64,000 bases of DNA, taken from a bacterium (GTDB taxonomy: Bacteria > Zhuqueibacterota > Zhuqueibacteria > Residuimicrobiales > Krinioviventaceae). The notes below the pieces were generated by a model. That model was not told the origin of the DNA. It was given only the letters and a program-made list of their open reading frames with translations, and did not search any database. The DNA is taken from NCBI GenBank assembly GCA_963693055.1, contig OY843751.1, forward strand, positions 2,688,001 through 2,752,000, written 5' to 3'. Positions within the stretch are counted from its first letter, which is position 1. The number at the start of each line of letters is the position of its first letter. Shown here one piece after another: positions 39,616 to 49,441 of this stretch. Position numbers and translations under genes: made by a program.

Positions 39616-40464
39616 ATGGATAAAATATTAATAGATACAGCAAAAGAGATCCTCGATAACGCACTTTTGGAGGATCTGGGTACATGGGGTGATATTACCA
39701 CATTTGCAACAGCCAGTGATGAACAAATTGCTTCTGCCCAAATTATTGCCAAACAGGAGGGAGTAATATCGGGGTTAGAAATTGCCGAATTGGTATTTAC
39801 ATCAATTGATAATACTGTTACATGCAAAAAGCATGTATCCGATGGTGACAGCGTAAATAATCGTAAAGAGATCATGACCATTACAGGTAAAGCATCAAGT
39901 TTGCTAAGTGCTGAACGTACGGCGCTTAATTTTTTAGGTCATTTATCTGGAGTTGCAACATTAACCAGCCAATTTGTTGCAGAAACAAAAGGTACCAAAG
40001 CCAAAATTCTGGATACCCGCAAGACAACTCCCGGTTGGAGATTGCTTGAAAAATATGCAGTTGTGTGCGGAGGTGGAATGAACCATCGTATGGGATTGCA
40101 TGATATGTTTTTAATCAAAGATAATCACATTTCACATTGTGGCTGTATAACCAATTCTGTAAAAAAATGCCACAAGTATATGGAAGAAAAGAGAATTCAG
40201 GCACCAATTGAAGTTGAAGTTAAAAATCTTTCTGAATTTCGTGAAGCTGCTTCTTTGGATGTTGATAGAATTATGCTTGATAATATGAGTGACGAGTTGA
40301 TTCAAGAGTGTATAAAAGCCAATCATGGCAATATACCCCTGGAAATATCCGGGAATGTTAATCTGGATACCGTAAAAAGATATGCTCAAACAGGTGTAGA
40401 TTTTATATCGGTGGGAGCCTTAACTCATTCTTTTCGGAACTTTGATTTCAGTATGTTGTTTTAA
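39616..40464 (+). CDS. nadC: Quinolinate phosphoribosyltransferase
   Basis: EDLG..GDITT, ERTALN, DTRKTTPG, LIKDNH, EVEV and MLDN. Confidence 0.96.
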   Translation: MDKILIDTAKEILDNALLEDLGTWGDITTFATASDEQIASAQIIAKQEGVISGLEIAELVFTSIDNTVTCKKHVSDGDSVNNRKEIMTITGKASSLLSAERTALNFLGHLSGVATLTSQFVAETKGTKAKILDTRKTTPGWRLLEKYAVVCGGGMNHRMGLHDMFLIKDNHISHCGCITNSVKKCHKYMEEKRIQAPIEVEVKNLSEFREAASLDVDRIMLDNMSDELIQECIKANHGNIPLEISGNVNLDTVKRYAQTGVDFISVGALTHSFRNFDFSMLF

Positions 40465-40566
40465 TATTATGACGTTATGCCAGATAATACGACAATATGA
40501 CAATCGGCAAATAATAACAGATATTCAAGTTTGTTGTTTCTTTTAGGGTTATCGGCTTTTTGCATC

Positions 40567-40583
40567 TTGGAATAGTATTTGCA
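40567..40583 (+). promoter_or_regulatory. Candidate sigma-54 promoter of the clpX-like gene
   Basis: TTGGAATAGTATTTGCA = GG-N10-GC, about 52 nt upstream of ATG 40636. Confidence 0.5.
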
Positions 40584-40635
40584 AGTATAACGTTAGATTA
40601 TATAATAGTTTGTTTATTTAAAGAGGTGTATATAC

Positions 40636-42168
40636 ATGAATAGACCTGAAAACAATAAAATTCCTACTCCTGAAGAATTGCAAAAAGATGTTGCTGATTT
40701 TTTAAAGGATAAATACGGTAAAAATGTGATTATTCCACAGCAACCCAATAGTTACGGGTCTGATTCAGGTGAAAAAGTAGAAACCCCCAAGCCTGAATAT
40801 AAAATTAATTTCAATCTAAAACCAACTGAACTTGAAGAATATTTAAACAAGTATGTTGTTGGTCAGGACGAAGCTGTTGAAGTTTTAGCTACAAAGATCT
40901 GTACGCATTTTAACAGAATGAATTATGAGAAAAACCATCCCGAAACTGAAGAGCTGGTTGGTAATATTAAAAGTAATGTGTTAATGATTGGGCCCACCGG
41001 TGTTGGTAAAACCTATCTTATCAAGCTTATTGCAAAAAAGATTGGTGTACCTTTTGTAAAAGGGGATGCTACAAAATTCAGTGAAACCGGTTATGTAGGT
41101 GGAGATGTTGAAGACCTCGTAAGAAACCTGGTGCACGAGGCTAATGGCGATATCTCTCTAGCCGAGTATGGTATCATTTATCTGGATGAAATAGATAAAA
41201 TCGCTTCAATGTCTAATGGATCTGGACCTGATGTATCCAGAGGTGGAGTGCAGAGAAACCTTTTAAAATTGATGGAAGAAGCCGAAGTTGATTTAAAAAC
41301 ACCTCATGATCTGGCTTCTCAAATGGAAGCAGCTATGGAAGCTCAACGGACAGGCAAAGTTAATCGCAAAAAGATCAATACTAAAAATATTTTGTTTGTA
41401 ATGAGTGGTGCGTTTTTTCAATTAAGTGAAATTATAAGACGCAGATTGAATCAACAACCTATAGGTTTTCAGGCGAAAAGTGATGAAAATCTCAGTTCTA
41501 ACAATGATCTTGAAATTATGAAAAATGTTAAAACCGAAGATTTGATTAAATTTGGTTTTGAATCTGAATTTATTGGCCGTTTGCCGGTAGTTGTGACGCT
41601 GAACACGCTTGATATAGATGGATTGTATCGCATTCTCAGTAATCCCAATAGTTCTGTTATTCAGGGTAAAAAGCGTGATTTTATGGGATACGACATTGAT
41701 ATTGATTTTCAAGACGATGCGTTGAAAAAAATGGCAGAACTGGCTTATGAAGAACAAACCGGTGCACGTGGTTTGGTGAGTGTTGTTGATAAAATGATGT
41801 TAAAGTATGAAAAAATGCTTCCAGACACAGATATTCATGAGCTAATGTTTACCGAGAAAATGATAAACAAACCGGTAGAAGAATTGGAAAAAATACTTAC
41901 TTCTTATTATATTAAAAAATTTCAAAAACGCTTTTTGGTAACCAATGGAATTGTTATAACATTCACTGATAAAGCTATCGAGTTGTTAAATCGTGATGCT
42001 AAAATTAACAAAATAACATTGGAAGAAGAGTGTAATAATCTATTGCGGGATTATGAATATGGTTTACGCCTGCTTGGCAAGGAAGAGTTTACAGTTGATG
42101 AGCAAATTGTTACCAATCCCAAAGAGCGGCTTGAGGAATTAATTAAACTCAGTTATGAAAATAAATAG
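40636..42168 (+). CDS. clpX: ClpX-like AAA+ ATPase lacking the N-terminal zinc finger, with C-terminal extension
   Basis: GPTGVGKT, DATKFSETGYVGGDVE, LDEIDK, DVS..GVQ..LLK, IGF loop, EFIGRLP and TGARGL. Confidence 0.8.
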   Translation: MNRPENNKIPTPEELQKDVADFLKDKYGKNVIIPQQPNSYGSDSGEKVETPKPEYKINFNLKPTELEEYLNKYVVGQDEAVEVLATKICTHFNRMNYEKNHPETEELVGNIKSNVLMIGPTGVGKTYLIKLIAKKIGVPFVKGDATKFSETGYVGGDVEDLVRNLVHEANGDISLAEYGIIYLDEIDKIASMSNGSGPDVSRGGVQRNLLKLMEEAEVDLKTPHDLASQMEAAMEAQRTGKVNRKKINTKNILFVMSGAFFQLSEIIRRRLNQQPIGFQAKSDENLSSNNDLEIMKNVKTEDLIKFGFESEFIGRLPVVVTLNTLDIDGLYRILSNPNSSVIQGKKRDFMGYDIDIDFQDDALKKMAELAYEEQTGARGLVSVVDKMMLKYEKMLPDTDIHELMFTEKMINKPVEELEKILTSYYIKKFQKRFLVTNGIVITFTDKAIELLNRDAKINKITLEEECNNLLRDYEYGLRLLGKEEFTVDEQIVTNPKERLEELIKLSYENK

Positions 42169-42194
42169 CATTATTAAATAAAATATCGTATTTT

Positions 42195-42227
42195 AAAAAG
42201 CCGTTTCATTCTTGAGACGGCTTTTTT
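42195..42227 (+). terminator. Intrinsic terminator (possibly bidirectional)
   Basis: AAAAAGCCGTTTCA-ttct-TGAGACGGCTTTTTT. Confidence 0.85.
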
Positions 42228-42296
42228 CTTATATTTTATATTTTTTTTTATTAAATTTATTATAATATTGATATTAACAAGCAGTTTTAGATAGCA

Positions 42297-44150
42297 TTGA
42301 CAATTCAAGAAAAACTTGATAATCTGCCGCGCAAACCCGGCGTATATTTGTTTCGTGATAAATTTGGTGAGATTTTGTATATAGGGAAAGCCAAGATATT
42401 GCGCAACAGAGTACGATCCTATTTCCAGGCTGGTAGAAAACCAGAGCCAAAAATCATGCGGCTTGTTGCGCGTATTTCCGATATAGAAACGATTGTAACG
42501 GATTCTGAGGTTGAAGCGCTGATACTTGAAGCGAATCTGGTAAAAGAAAACAAGCCCCGTTACAATATTAATTTAAAAGATGACAAAAGTTTTCCATTCA
42601 TCCGTGTGACAAATGAACCTTATCCCAGGATTTTTCCCACAAGAAAGATTATACAGGATGGTTCAAAGTATTTTGGTCCTTATACGGATGTTTATTCCAT
42701 GCGGACTTTATTAAAAACCGCAAACAAGATTTTTGCTACAAGATCTTGTAATTACAACTTGAATGATTCTGCCATTGAGCAGGGAAAATTCAAATTGTGC
42801 TTGAATTATCATATAAAGCGGTGTTATGGACCTTGCGAAGGATATATCTCTCAGGCAGAATATTCTAAAATCATTACTAATGTTATTGATTTTATTCAAG
42901 GTCACACACAAAAAGTAGAACTGGATCTTAAAAATCGAATTCAGCAATTGTCAGGAGAATTACGATTTGAAGAAGCAGCTCGTTTAAGAGATCAGTTACA
43001 GTCCATTGAAATATTTCAACAGCGTCAAAAGATTGTTGATTCCAGTCATATTGATCGTGATATTTTGGCGGTTGCTGTAGAAAAAAATGATGCATGTTGT
43101 GTTGTTTTCAAGGTACGTGATGGAAAGATTATTGGAAGACAACATTTTTATATTAATGGTGTTAAAGACGAATCTGAACAAACAGTAATTGTTTCATTTA
43201 TGAAGCAGTACTATCTTAACAGTGATTATGTGCCAAAAGAAGTGTATGTTCCAAAAGAATTGGATGATAAAGAAACGCTTACTCATTGGTTGAGTGAAAA
43301 ACGCCAGAATAAAGTAAGAATCATTCATCCGATACGAGGTGATAAAGCTCATTTGTTAAAAATGAGTGCAAAGAATGCCAAATTGCTGCTCGAAGATTTG
43401 AAAATTCAAAAGCAGAAAAAGCGTGATATGGTAGCTGCGGCTGTTAAAGCATTGCAGGAATCATTAAAGCTGCCAAAACCACCCAAGAGAATTGAAGGAT
43501 TTGATATCTCTAACATACAGGGTACTAATCCTGTAGCTTCAATGGTTTGTTTTATAAATGCACAGGCTGCAAAATCAGAATATCGTCGTTTTCGGATTCG
43601 CATTAAAGAATCTCCTGATGATTTTGCCATGATGCATGAAGCTGTTTACCGGAGGTATTCTCGTCTATTAAAAGAAAATAAACCCTTTCCGGATTTGATA
43701 TTGATCGATGGTGGAAAAGGGCAATTGTCAGCAGCAGTTAGTGCACTTGAAGAACTGAATATCAAAGATCAGCCAATTATATCACTGGCAAAGCGGCTTG
43801 AAGAAGTATTTGTACCCGGCATACCGGATGCTCAGCAGATCAAGCGTGATTCAGCTGCGATCAAGTTGTTACAACGCGTGCGAGATGAATCACATCGATT
43901 TGCAGTGACATATCACCGTACTTTGCGTAAAAAACGGACTTTGATCTCTGTGCTGGATGAAATTCCGGGCATTGGAAAGTCGAGGAGACAGTTATTATTA
44001 AAGACATTTGGGTCGCTAAAAAATGTCAAAAATGCTTCGGTTTCAGAGTTGGCCAAAGTTGAGGGAATATCAGATTCCATTGCTAAAGAAATACGTGAAT
44101 TTTTTCATCCCAGTGAAAAAGGGATGGATAGTAATGAAAATAATACTTAA
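42297..44150 (+). CDS. uvrC: Excinuclease ABC subunit C
   Basis: GIY-YIG motif (PGVY...YIGKA), FDISN, DGGKGQ, RDESHRFA and C-terminal HhH. Confidence 0.97.
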   Translation: MTIQEKLDNLPRKPGVYLFRDKFGEILYIGKAKILRNRVRSYFQAGRKPEPKIMRLVARISDIETIVTDSEVEALILEANLVKENKPRYNINLKDDKSFPFIRVTNEPYPRIFPTRKIIQDGSKYFGPYTDVYSMRTLLKTANKIFATRSCNYNLNDSAIEQGKFKLCLNYHIKRCYGPCEGYISQAEYSKIITNVIDFIQGHTQKVELDLKNRIQQLSGELRFEEAARLRDQLQSIEIFQQRQKIVDSSHIDRDILAVAVEKNDACCVVFKVRDGKIIGRQHFYINGVKDESEQTVIVSFMKQYYLNSDYVPKEVYVPKELDDKETLTHWLSEKRQNKVRIIHPIRGDKAHLLKMSAKNAKLLLEDLKIQKQKKRDMVAAAVKALQESLKLPKPPKRIEGFDISNIQGTNPVASMVCFINAQAAKSEYRRFRIRIKESPDDFAMMHEAVYRRYSRLLKENKPFPDLILIDGGKGQLSAAVSALEELNIKDQPIISLAKRLEEVFVPGIPDAQQIKRDSAAIKLLQRVRDESHRFAVTYHRTLRKKRTLISVLDEIPGIGKSRRQLLLKTFGSLKNVKNASVSELAKVEGISDSIAKEIREFFHPSEKGMDSNENNT

Positions 44151-44176
44151 TTACTATATAAATAGGGAGCACAACC

Positions 44177-45436
44177 ATGTCTGAAAAGATTAACAAAGTG
44201 GTCCTGGCCTATTCAGGCGGATTGGACACATCCATTATTATTCCCTGGTTAAAGGATAACTATGGCTGCGAAGTTGTCGCTTTTGCGGCAGATTTAGGAC
44301 AATGTGAAGAATTGGACGGACTAGAAGAAAAAGCCATCGCTACTGGTGCAAGTAAATGTTATATTGAAGATTTGCGTAAACCATTTATTGAAGAATATAT
44401 CTGGCCAACTTTGAAAGCCGGTGCCATATATGAAGGTAAATACCTGTTGGGTACATCCTTTGCACGCCCCATAATTGCCAAACGTCAGGTTGAAATTGCT
44501 GTTGCAGAAGGCGCAGATGCTGTTGCACATGGTTGTACTGGTAAGGGCAATGATCAGGTCCGTTTTGAGCTGACTTTTAAAGCTTTTAATCCCAAATTGC
44601 AGGTAATTGCACCCTGGCGTGAATGGGATATTCGTTCTCGTGAAGAAGCTATTGCCTATGCGAAAGAAAAACAAATCCCAATCACCGCAACAAAAGAAAA
44701 GATTTATAGTAATGACCGGAACATCTGGCATATTAGCCATGAAGGTGGCGATCTTGAAGATCCCTGGAATGGACCCAAAGATGAAATGTTTGTTTTAACC
44801 AATTCTCCACTGGAAGCACCGGATAAAGAAGAGATGGTAGAGATTGAATTTGATAAAGGAGTGCCAGTAGCTGTTAATGGTGATCGACTGGGTTCTGTTC
44901 CATTGGTTCAAGAATTGAATAAAATTGGTGGTAAACATGCTATTGGACGAGTTGATCTTGTAGAAAACCGCCTGGTGGGAATGAAATCTCGCGGTGTTTA
45001 TGAAACACCAGCCGGATCAATCCTGTATCGCGCACATATGGAGCTTGAAAGCCTGATTTTGGATAAAGATACCATGCATTTCAAAAATATGCTTGCTCCC
45101 AAATATGCTGAATTGGTATATAACGGACAATGGTTTACTCCTTTACGTGAAGCATTGGATGCGTTTGTAGAAAAAACCCAGGAATATGTTTCCGGTACGG
45201 TTCGATTCAGACTGTATAAGGGAAATATAATTTCTGCAGGTGTAAAATCTCCATATTCTCTTTACAGAGAAGAGCTTGCTACTTTTGGTGAAGAAGATGT
45301 TTATGATCAAATGGATGCCAAAGGATTTATTAACCTTTTTGGTCTGCCACTCAAAGTCCGTTCTCTGGTAGAGTTGGATTGGGGTAAAAAACCCAAATAC
45401 GAAGAACCCGATTATAGCATATTCAAGAGGGATTAA
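44177..45436 (+). CDS. argG: Argininosuccinate synthase
   Basis: [23 protein letters not shown] and [16 protein letters not shown]. Confidence 0.98.
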   Translation: MSEKINKVVLAYSGGLDTSIIIPWLKDNYGCEVVAFAADLGQCEELDGLEEKAIATGASKCYIEDLRKPFIEEYIWPTLKAGAIYEGKYLLGTSFARPIIAKRQVEIAVAEGADAVAHGCTGKGNDQVRFELTFKAFNPKLQVIAPWREWDIRSREEAIAYAKEKQIPITATKEKIYSNDRNIWHISHEGGDLEDPWNGPKDEMFVLTNSPLEAPDKEEMVEIEFDKGVPVAVNGDRLGSVPLVQELNKIGGKHAIGRVDLVENRLVGMKSRGVYETPAGSILYRAHMELESLILDKDTMHFKNMLAPKYAELVYNGQWFTPLREALDAFVEKTQEYVSGTVRFRLYKGNIISAGVKSPYSLYREELATFGEEDVYDQMDAKGFINLFGLPLKVRSLVELDWGKKPKYEEPDYSIFKRD

Positions 45437-45437
45437 T

Positions 45438-46817
45438 ATGTCTTCTGATCCAAAGATATGGAGTGGACGATTTTCACAGGGTACTGAATCCATTATGGAG
45501 GAATTCAGTACCTCTATCCATTTTGATAAAGCAATGTTTGATGCAGATATTAAAGTAAACAAAGCCTGGGCCAAAGCATTGGTCCAGGTAAATGTTTACA
45601 GTGAGGATGATGCTGAACTGGTTTGCAGTACACTTGACGATATTCACAAAGATTATCATGATGGCAAGCTTGAATTTGCTCGTACCGATGAAGATATTCA
45701 TTCCGCAAATGAAAGATGGTTGACTGAACGACTGGGTGATATTGGAGCCCGCATTCATACCGGCCGAAGCCGCAATGATCAAGTTATCACTGATTTACGC
45801 ATATATCTGCGTGATCAAATTTCTGATCTTGACACTGCTATCTTGTTGCTACAAAGGGAGTTAGTGGTTTTATCTGAGGTGAATATTGAGACTGTTTTTG
45901 CGGGTCAAACGCATTTACGTCAGGCCCAGCCTGTTTCGCTTGCTCACTATCTTTTAGCGCTGTTTTTTCAAATGCAACGCAATCGTGAACGGTTGTCTGA
46001 TTATAAAAAGCGATTAAATAAAATGCCGCTGGGCTCTGGTGCAATTGCCGGCGCCGCATTTGAAATTGACAGAAAAAGTCTTGCAGAGGCATTACAATTT
46101 GACTCGCCTACAGAAAACAGTTACGATGCTACATCAGATCGTGATTTTGTACTTGAATTGCTTAATATCTGTACACAAACCATGCTGCATTTATCACGAA
46201 TGGCTGAGGATTTTATTATTTGGTCATCTGAATCTTTTGGCTTGCTCGAGATTGGGGAACAATTTTCAACAGGAAGCAGCATGATGCCACAAAAGAAAAA
46301 TCCTGATTCGTTAGAATTGATTCGTGGCAAATGTGCGCGAATTATTGGTAATCAGGTTACGGGATTAACTATGATGAAAGGAATTCCCACTGCTTATGTA
46401 AGGGATTTACAGGAAGATAAGGAACCTGTATTTGACTCATTACACCAGACAATTCAATGTATTTTAATCAGTAAAGGTGTGTTTGAAACGCTAACGGTGA
46501 ATTCAGAGCGCATGCTAAATAATCTTGATCCTGCATTGTATGCAACAGATTTGGCTGATTATCTTGTAAAAAAGGGAATTCCATTTAGAAAAGCTCATTC
46601 TATTGTAGGCTCTGTTGTGGCTCGTTCTGAAAAAGACAACATTCCCTTTAATGAACTTGAAATTAATATCTATAAAGAATATTCTCAGGAATTTGATTCT
46701 GATCTTTATAATTTGTTTAACCCCCTAAGTGCTATCAATAAAAGAAATATTGAAGGAGGTACAGGAACCAAATCTATCAAGCATCAAATTGATTTGGCAA
46801 AATCTTTTATTGTATAA
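45438..46817 (+). CDS. argH: Argininosuccinate lyase
   Basis: WSGRF, HTGRSRNDQ and GSSMMPQKKNPD. Confidence 0.98.
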   Translation: MSSDPKIWSGRFSQGTESIMEEFSTSIHFDKAMFDADIKVNKAWAKALVQVNVYSEDDAELVCSTLDDIHKDYHDGKLEFARTDEDIHSANERWLTERLGDIGARIHTGRSRNDQVITDLRIYLRDQISDLDTAILLLQRELVVLSEVNIETVFAGQTHLRQAQPVSLAHYLLALFFQMQRNRERLSDYKKRLNKMPLGSGAIAGAAFEIDRKSLAEALQFDSPTENSYDATSDRDFVLELLNICTQTMLHLSRMAEDFIIWSSESFGLLEIGEQFSTGSSMMPQKKNPDSLELIRGKCARIIGNQVTGLTMMKGIPTAYVRDLQEDKEPVFDSLHQTIQCILISKGVFETLTVNSERMLNNLDPALYATDLADYLVKKGIPFRKAHSIVGSVVARSEKDNIPFNELEINIYKEYSQEFDSDLYNLFNPLSAINKRNIEGGTGTKSIKHQIDLAKSFIV

Positions 46818-46944
46818 GTAATGTAGATTCCATCAGTTTCACTCAATTTTCAAATATCGAGCGAAAATTACATTATTTTACATGTTAAACTGTTTTGGAA
46901 TCCTTACATTGTATAATTGTATGATAAACAGTGGAGTTTTCAAC

Positions 46945-48165
46945 ATGAAACGCTGCAATATTTTCGTACTTTTACTCTTTTTATCTTTTCAACCTGTCTT
47001 TTCTGAAATTTTATCCCAATGGCGCGGTCCGGGACGCGATGGAATATACCCGGAAACCGGTTTATTGAATCAATGGCCTGATGCAGGACCCAAATTAATT
47101 TGGGAATTTGAAGGTGTTGGTAATGGCTTTTCCTCTCCCGCGGTAACACCTGATCGGGTTTATGTGTTGGGTGAAATCGATAAAACCGGCTATCTGCATG
47201 CGTTTGATCATCAGGGTAATTTGGTGTGGAAAAAAGCATATGGACCTTCATGGACCAAGAGCTATCCTGGTTCACGTTCAATTCCAACAGTTACAGATGG
47301 TAAAATCTATTTTACAACCAGCTTGGGAGTTATATATTGTCTCAGTGCTGAGGATGGCAAAACACTTTGGTCGCTGGATTTTTTAAAACAATTCAACGGT
47401 GAAAATTTAATGTGGGGAGTAGCAGAATCGCCCCTGGTTTACGATAATAAAGTGATTGTTACACCCGGTGGGAACAAAGCCCTGGTTGCTGCATTAGATA
47501 AAAATACAGGTAAAACATTATGGACTTGTACCGATTTAGTTGAAAATTCAGCCTATTGTTCTCCTGTACTTGTTACACATAATGGGCAACGCACGATTTT
47601 GACCATGACAGAATCCTCTGTAATAAGCCTGAATCCGGATACGGGCAAGTTAAACTGGCGTCAGGAACATAAAACAAAATGGGATATAAATCCCAACACA
47701 CCGTATTATTTTGATGGTAAAGTGATTACCAGTAGTGGTTATGGAACAACAGGAACCAATTTATTCAAAATTGCTTCGGATGGTAAAAGTGCAGAACTGG
47801 TTTGGAATAATGAAGAGTTGGATAGTCAAATTGGTGCATTTGTTGTGGTAGGTGGTTATATGTACGGTTCCGGACATGATAACAGTAATTGGCAGTGTAT
47901 AGATATTGCAACCGGAAAAACCATGTATGAATCTGATCTCTTGCGAAAAAAAGGCAACATCGTATGTGCCGATGGTATGTTGTATTGTTATGATGAAACA
48001 GGGCAAGTAGCATTGGTAAAACCAAATCCACAAAAATTTGATCTGATCAGTCAATTTGAAATTACAAAAGGCAAAGATCAGCATTGGACTCATATTGTAA
48101 TTAAAAACAAGCGCATGTATATAAGACATGGAAATGCGCTAATGGTATATGATATAAGGAAATAA
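46945..48165 (+). CDS. Secreted PQQ-binding-like beta-propeller protein 1
   Basis: Signal peptide, QWRGPGRDG, repeated (L/I)DxxTGKxxW blades and SP motifs. Confidence 0.85.
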   Translation: MKRCNIFVLLLFLSFQPVFSEILSQWRGPGRDGIYPETGLLNQWPDAGPKLIWEFEGVGNGFSSPAVTPDRVYVLGEIDKTGYLHAFDHQGNLVWKKAYGPSWTKSYPGSRSIPTVTDGKIYFTTSLGVIYCLSAEDGKTLWSLDFLKQFNGENLMWGVAESPLVYDNKVIVTPGGNKALVAALDKNTGKTLWTCTDLVENSAYCSPVLVTHNGQRTILTMTESSVISLNPDTGKLNWRQEHKTKWDINPNTPYYFDGKVITSSGYGTTGTNLFKIASDGKSAELVWNNEELDSQIGAFVVVGGYMYGSGHDNSNWQCIDIATGKTMYESDLLRKKGNIVCADGMLYCYDETGQVALVKPNPQKFDLISQFEITKGKDQHWTHIVIKNKRMYIRHGNALMVYDIRK

Positions 48166-48179
48166 TATAAAGGGATGTT

Positions 48180-49436
48180 ATGAAAAGTTTTAATCGAATG
48201 GTAAGGACTAGTCTCATTTTAATTTTACTCCTCCTGTCAGGCGTTGTATTGGCTGATACCTGGGCAGAATTCAGGGGTAATAATCGGGATGGCGTTTCTA
48301 CTGAAACTGGCTTGTTAAAATCATGGCCTGCTAACGGACCCAAATTGTTGTGGAAAGTCACTGGCTTGGGTGATGGATATTCCTCTGCTGTAATTGCAAA
48401 CAATACGGTATATGTTACAGGTGCTACAGACAAGAAAGAATATTTATATGCTTTTGATTTAGCGGGTAAACTGAAATGGAAACAACAGTACGGTGATGTA
48501 TGGTATCGCTCTTATCCTGATCCACGTACCTCACCTACGTTCAATGGAAACCGGTTGTATGTTGTAAGCGGTATGGGGCAGGTTGTAAGTCTTGACGCTG
48601 CAACAGGCAAAGTTCTTTGGACTATTGATATGATCAAAACCTTTAATGGAGAATTTCATCGTTGGGGTATATCAGAGTCTCCGGTTGTAGATGATAAATA
48701 TGTTTATTGTACCCCAGGTGGACCGGATGCAACAATGGCTGCTTTGGACAAAAATACCGGCAAAACCATTTGGGTAACCAAAGGTTTATCTGATGTAAGT
48801 AACTATTGTTCACCTCTAATGATTAAACGAGGTGGTAAAAATATATTAATGACCCAAGTGGAAAATCATTTTATTGGTGTAGATGCAGCGAATGGCAAAT
48901 TACTCTGGAAGGTTGTTGTAAAAGATTTGTGGCCGAAAAATAAATCCATCAATATTAATACACCCCTGTATAAAGACGGTCAGGTTTTTATAACTGCTGG
49001 TTATAATTCTGGCAGTGCCATGTTTGAATTGTCTGCAGATGGTGCCAGCATTAAAACGCTTTGGGTAGATACCACTTTGGATGTTCACCATGGCGGCGTT
49101 GTTACGGTTGATGGATATATTTATGGTTCAAACTGGTTAAACAATAATAGCGGAAATTGGGTGTGTTTGGATTGGAAAACCGGTAAGGTTATGTATGAAA
49201 CGGAATGGATTAACAAAGGCGCCATAATCTATGCTGATGGGATGCTTTATGTTTATGAAGAAAAAGATGGTACTGTCGGAATAGCCAAAGCAACCCCTGA
49301 TGGATTTAATGTTGTCAGCTCTTTTGAATTTACTGAAGGTGGTGGTCCCAATTGGGCACATCCCAGCATTTCAAATGGTGTTTTATATATGAGACATGGC
49401 GATGTATTGCATGCTTACAATATAAAAGCGAAATAA
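48180..49436 (+). CDS. Secreted PQQ-binding-like beta-propeller protein 2 (paralog of protein 1)
   Basis: Signal peptide, WAEFRGNNRDG, ETGLLKSWP, AALDKNTGKTIW and WAHP. Confidence 0.85.
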   Translation: MKSFNRMVRTSLILILLLLSGVVLADTWAEFRGNNRDGVSTETGLLKSWPANGPKLLWKVTGLGDGYSSAVIANNTVYVTGATDKKEYLYAFDLAGKLKWKQQYGDVWYRSYPDPRTSPTFNGNRLYVVSGMGQVVSLDAATGKVLWTIDMIKTFNGEFHRWGISESPVVDDKYVYCTPGGPDATMAALDKNTGKTIWVTKGLSDVSNYCSPLMIKRGGKNILMTQVENHFIGVDAANGKLLWKVVVKDLWPKNKSININTPLYKDGQVFITAGYNSGSAMFELSADGASIKTLWVDTTLDVHHGGVVTVDGYIYGSNWLNNNSGNWVCLDWKTGKVMYETEWINKGAIIYADGMLYVYEEKDGTVGIAKATPDGFNVVSSFEFTEGGGPNWAHPSISNGVLYMRHGDVLHAYNIKAK

Positions 49437-49441
49437 ATTTT

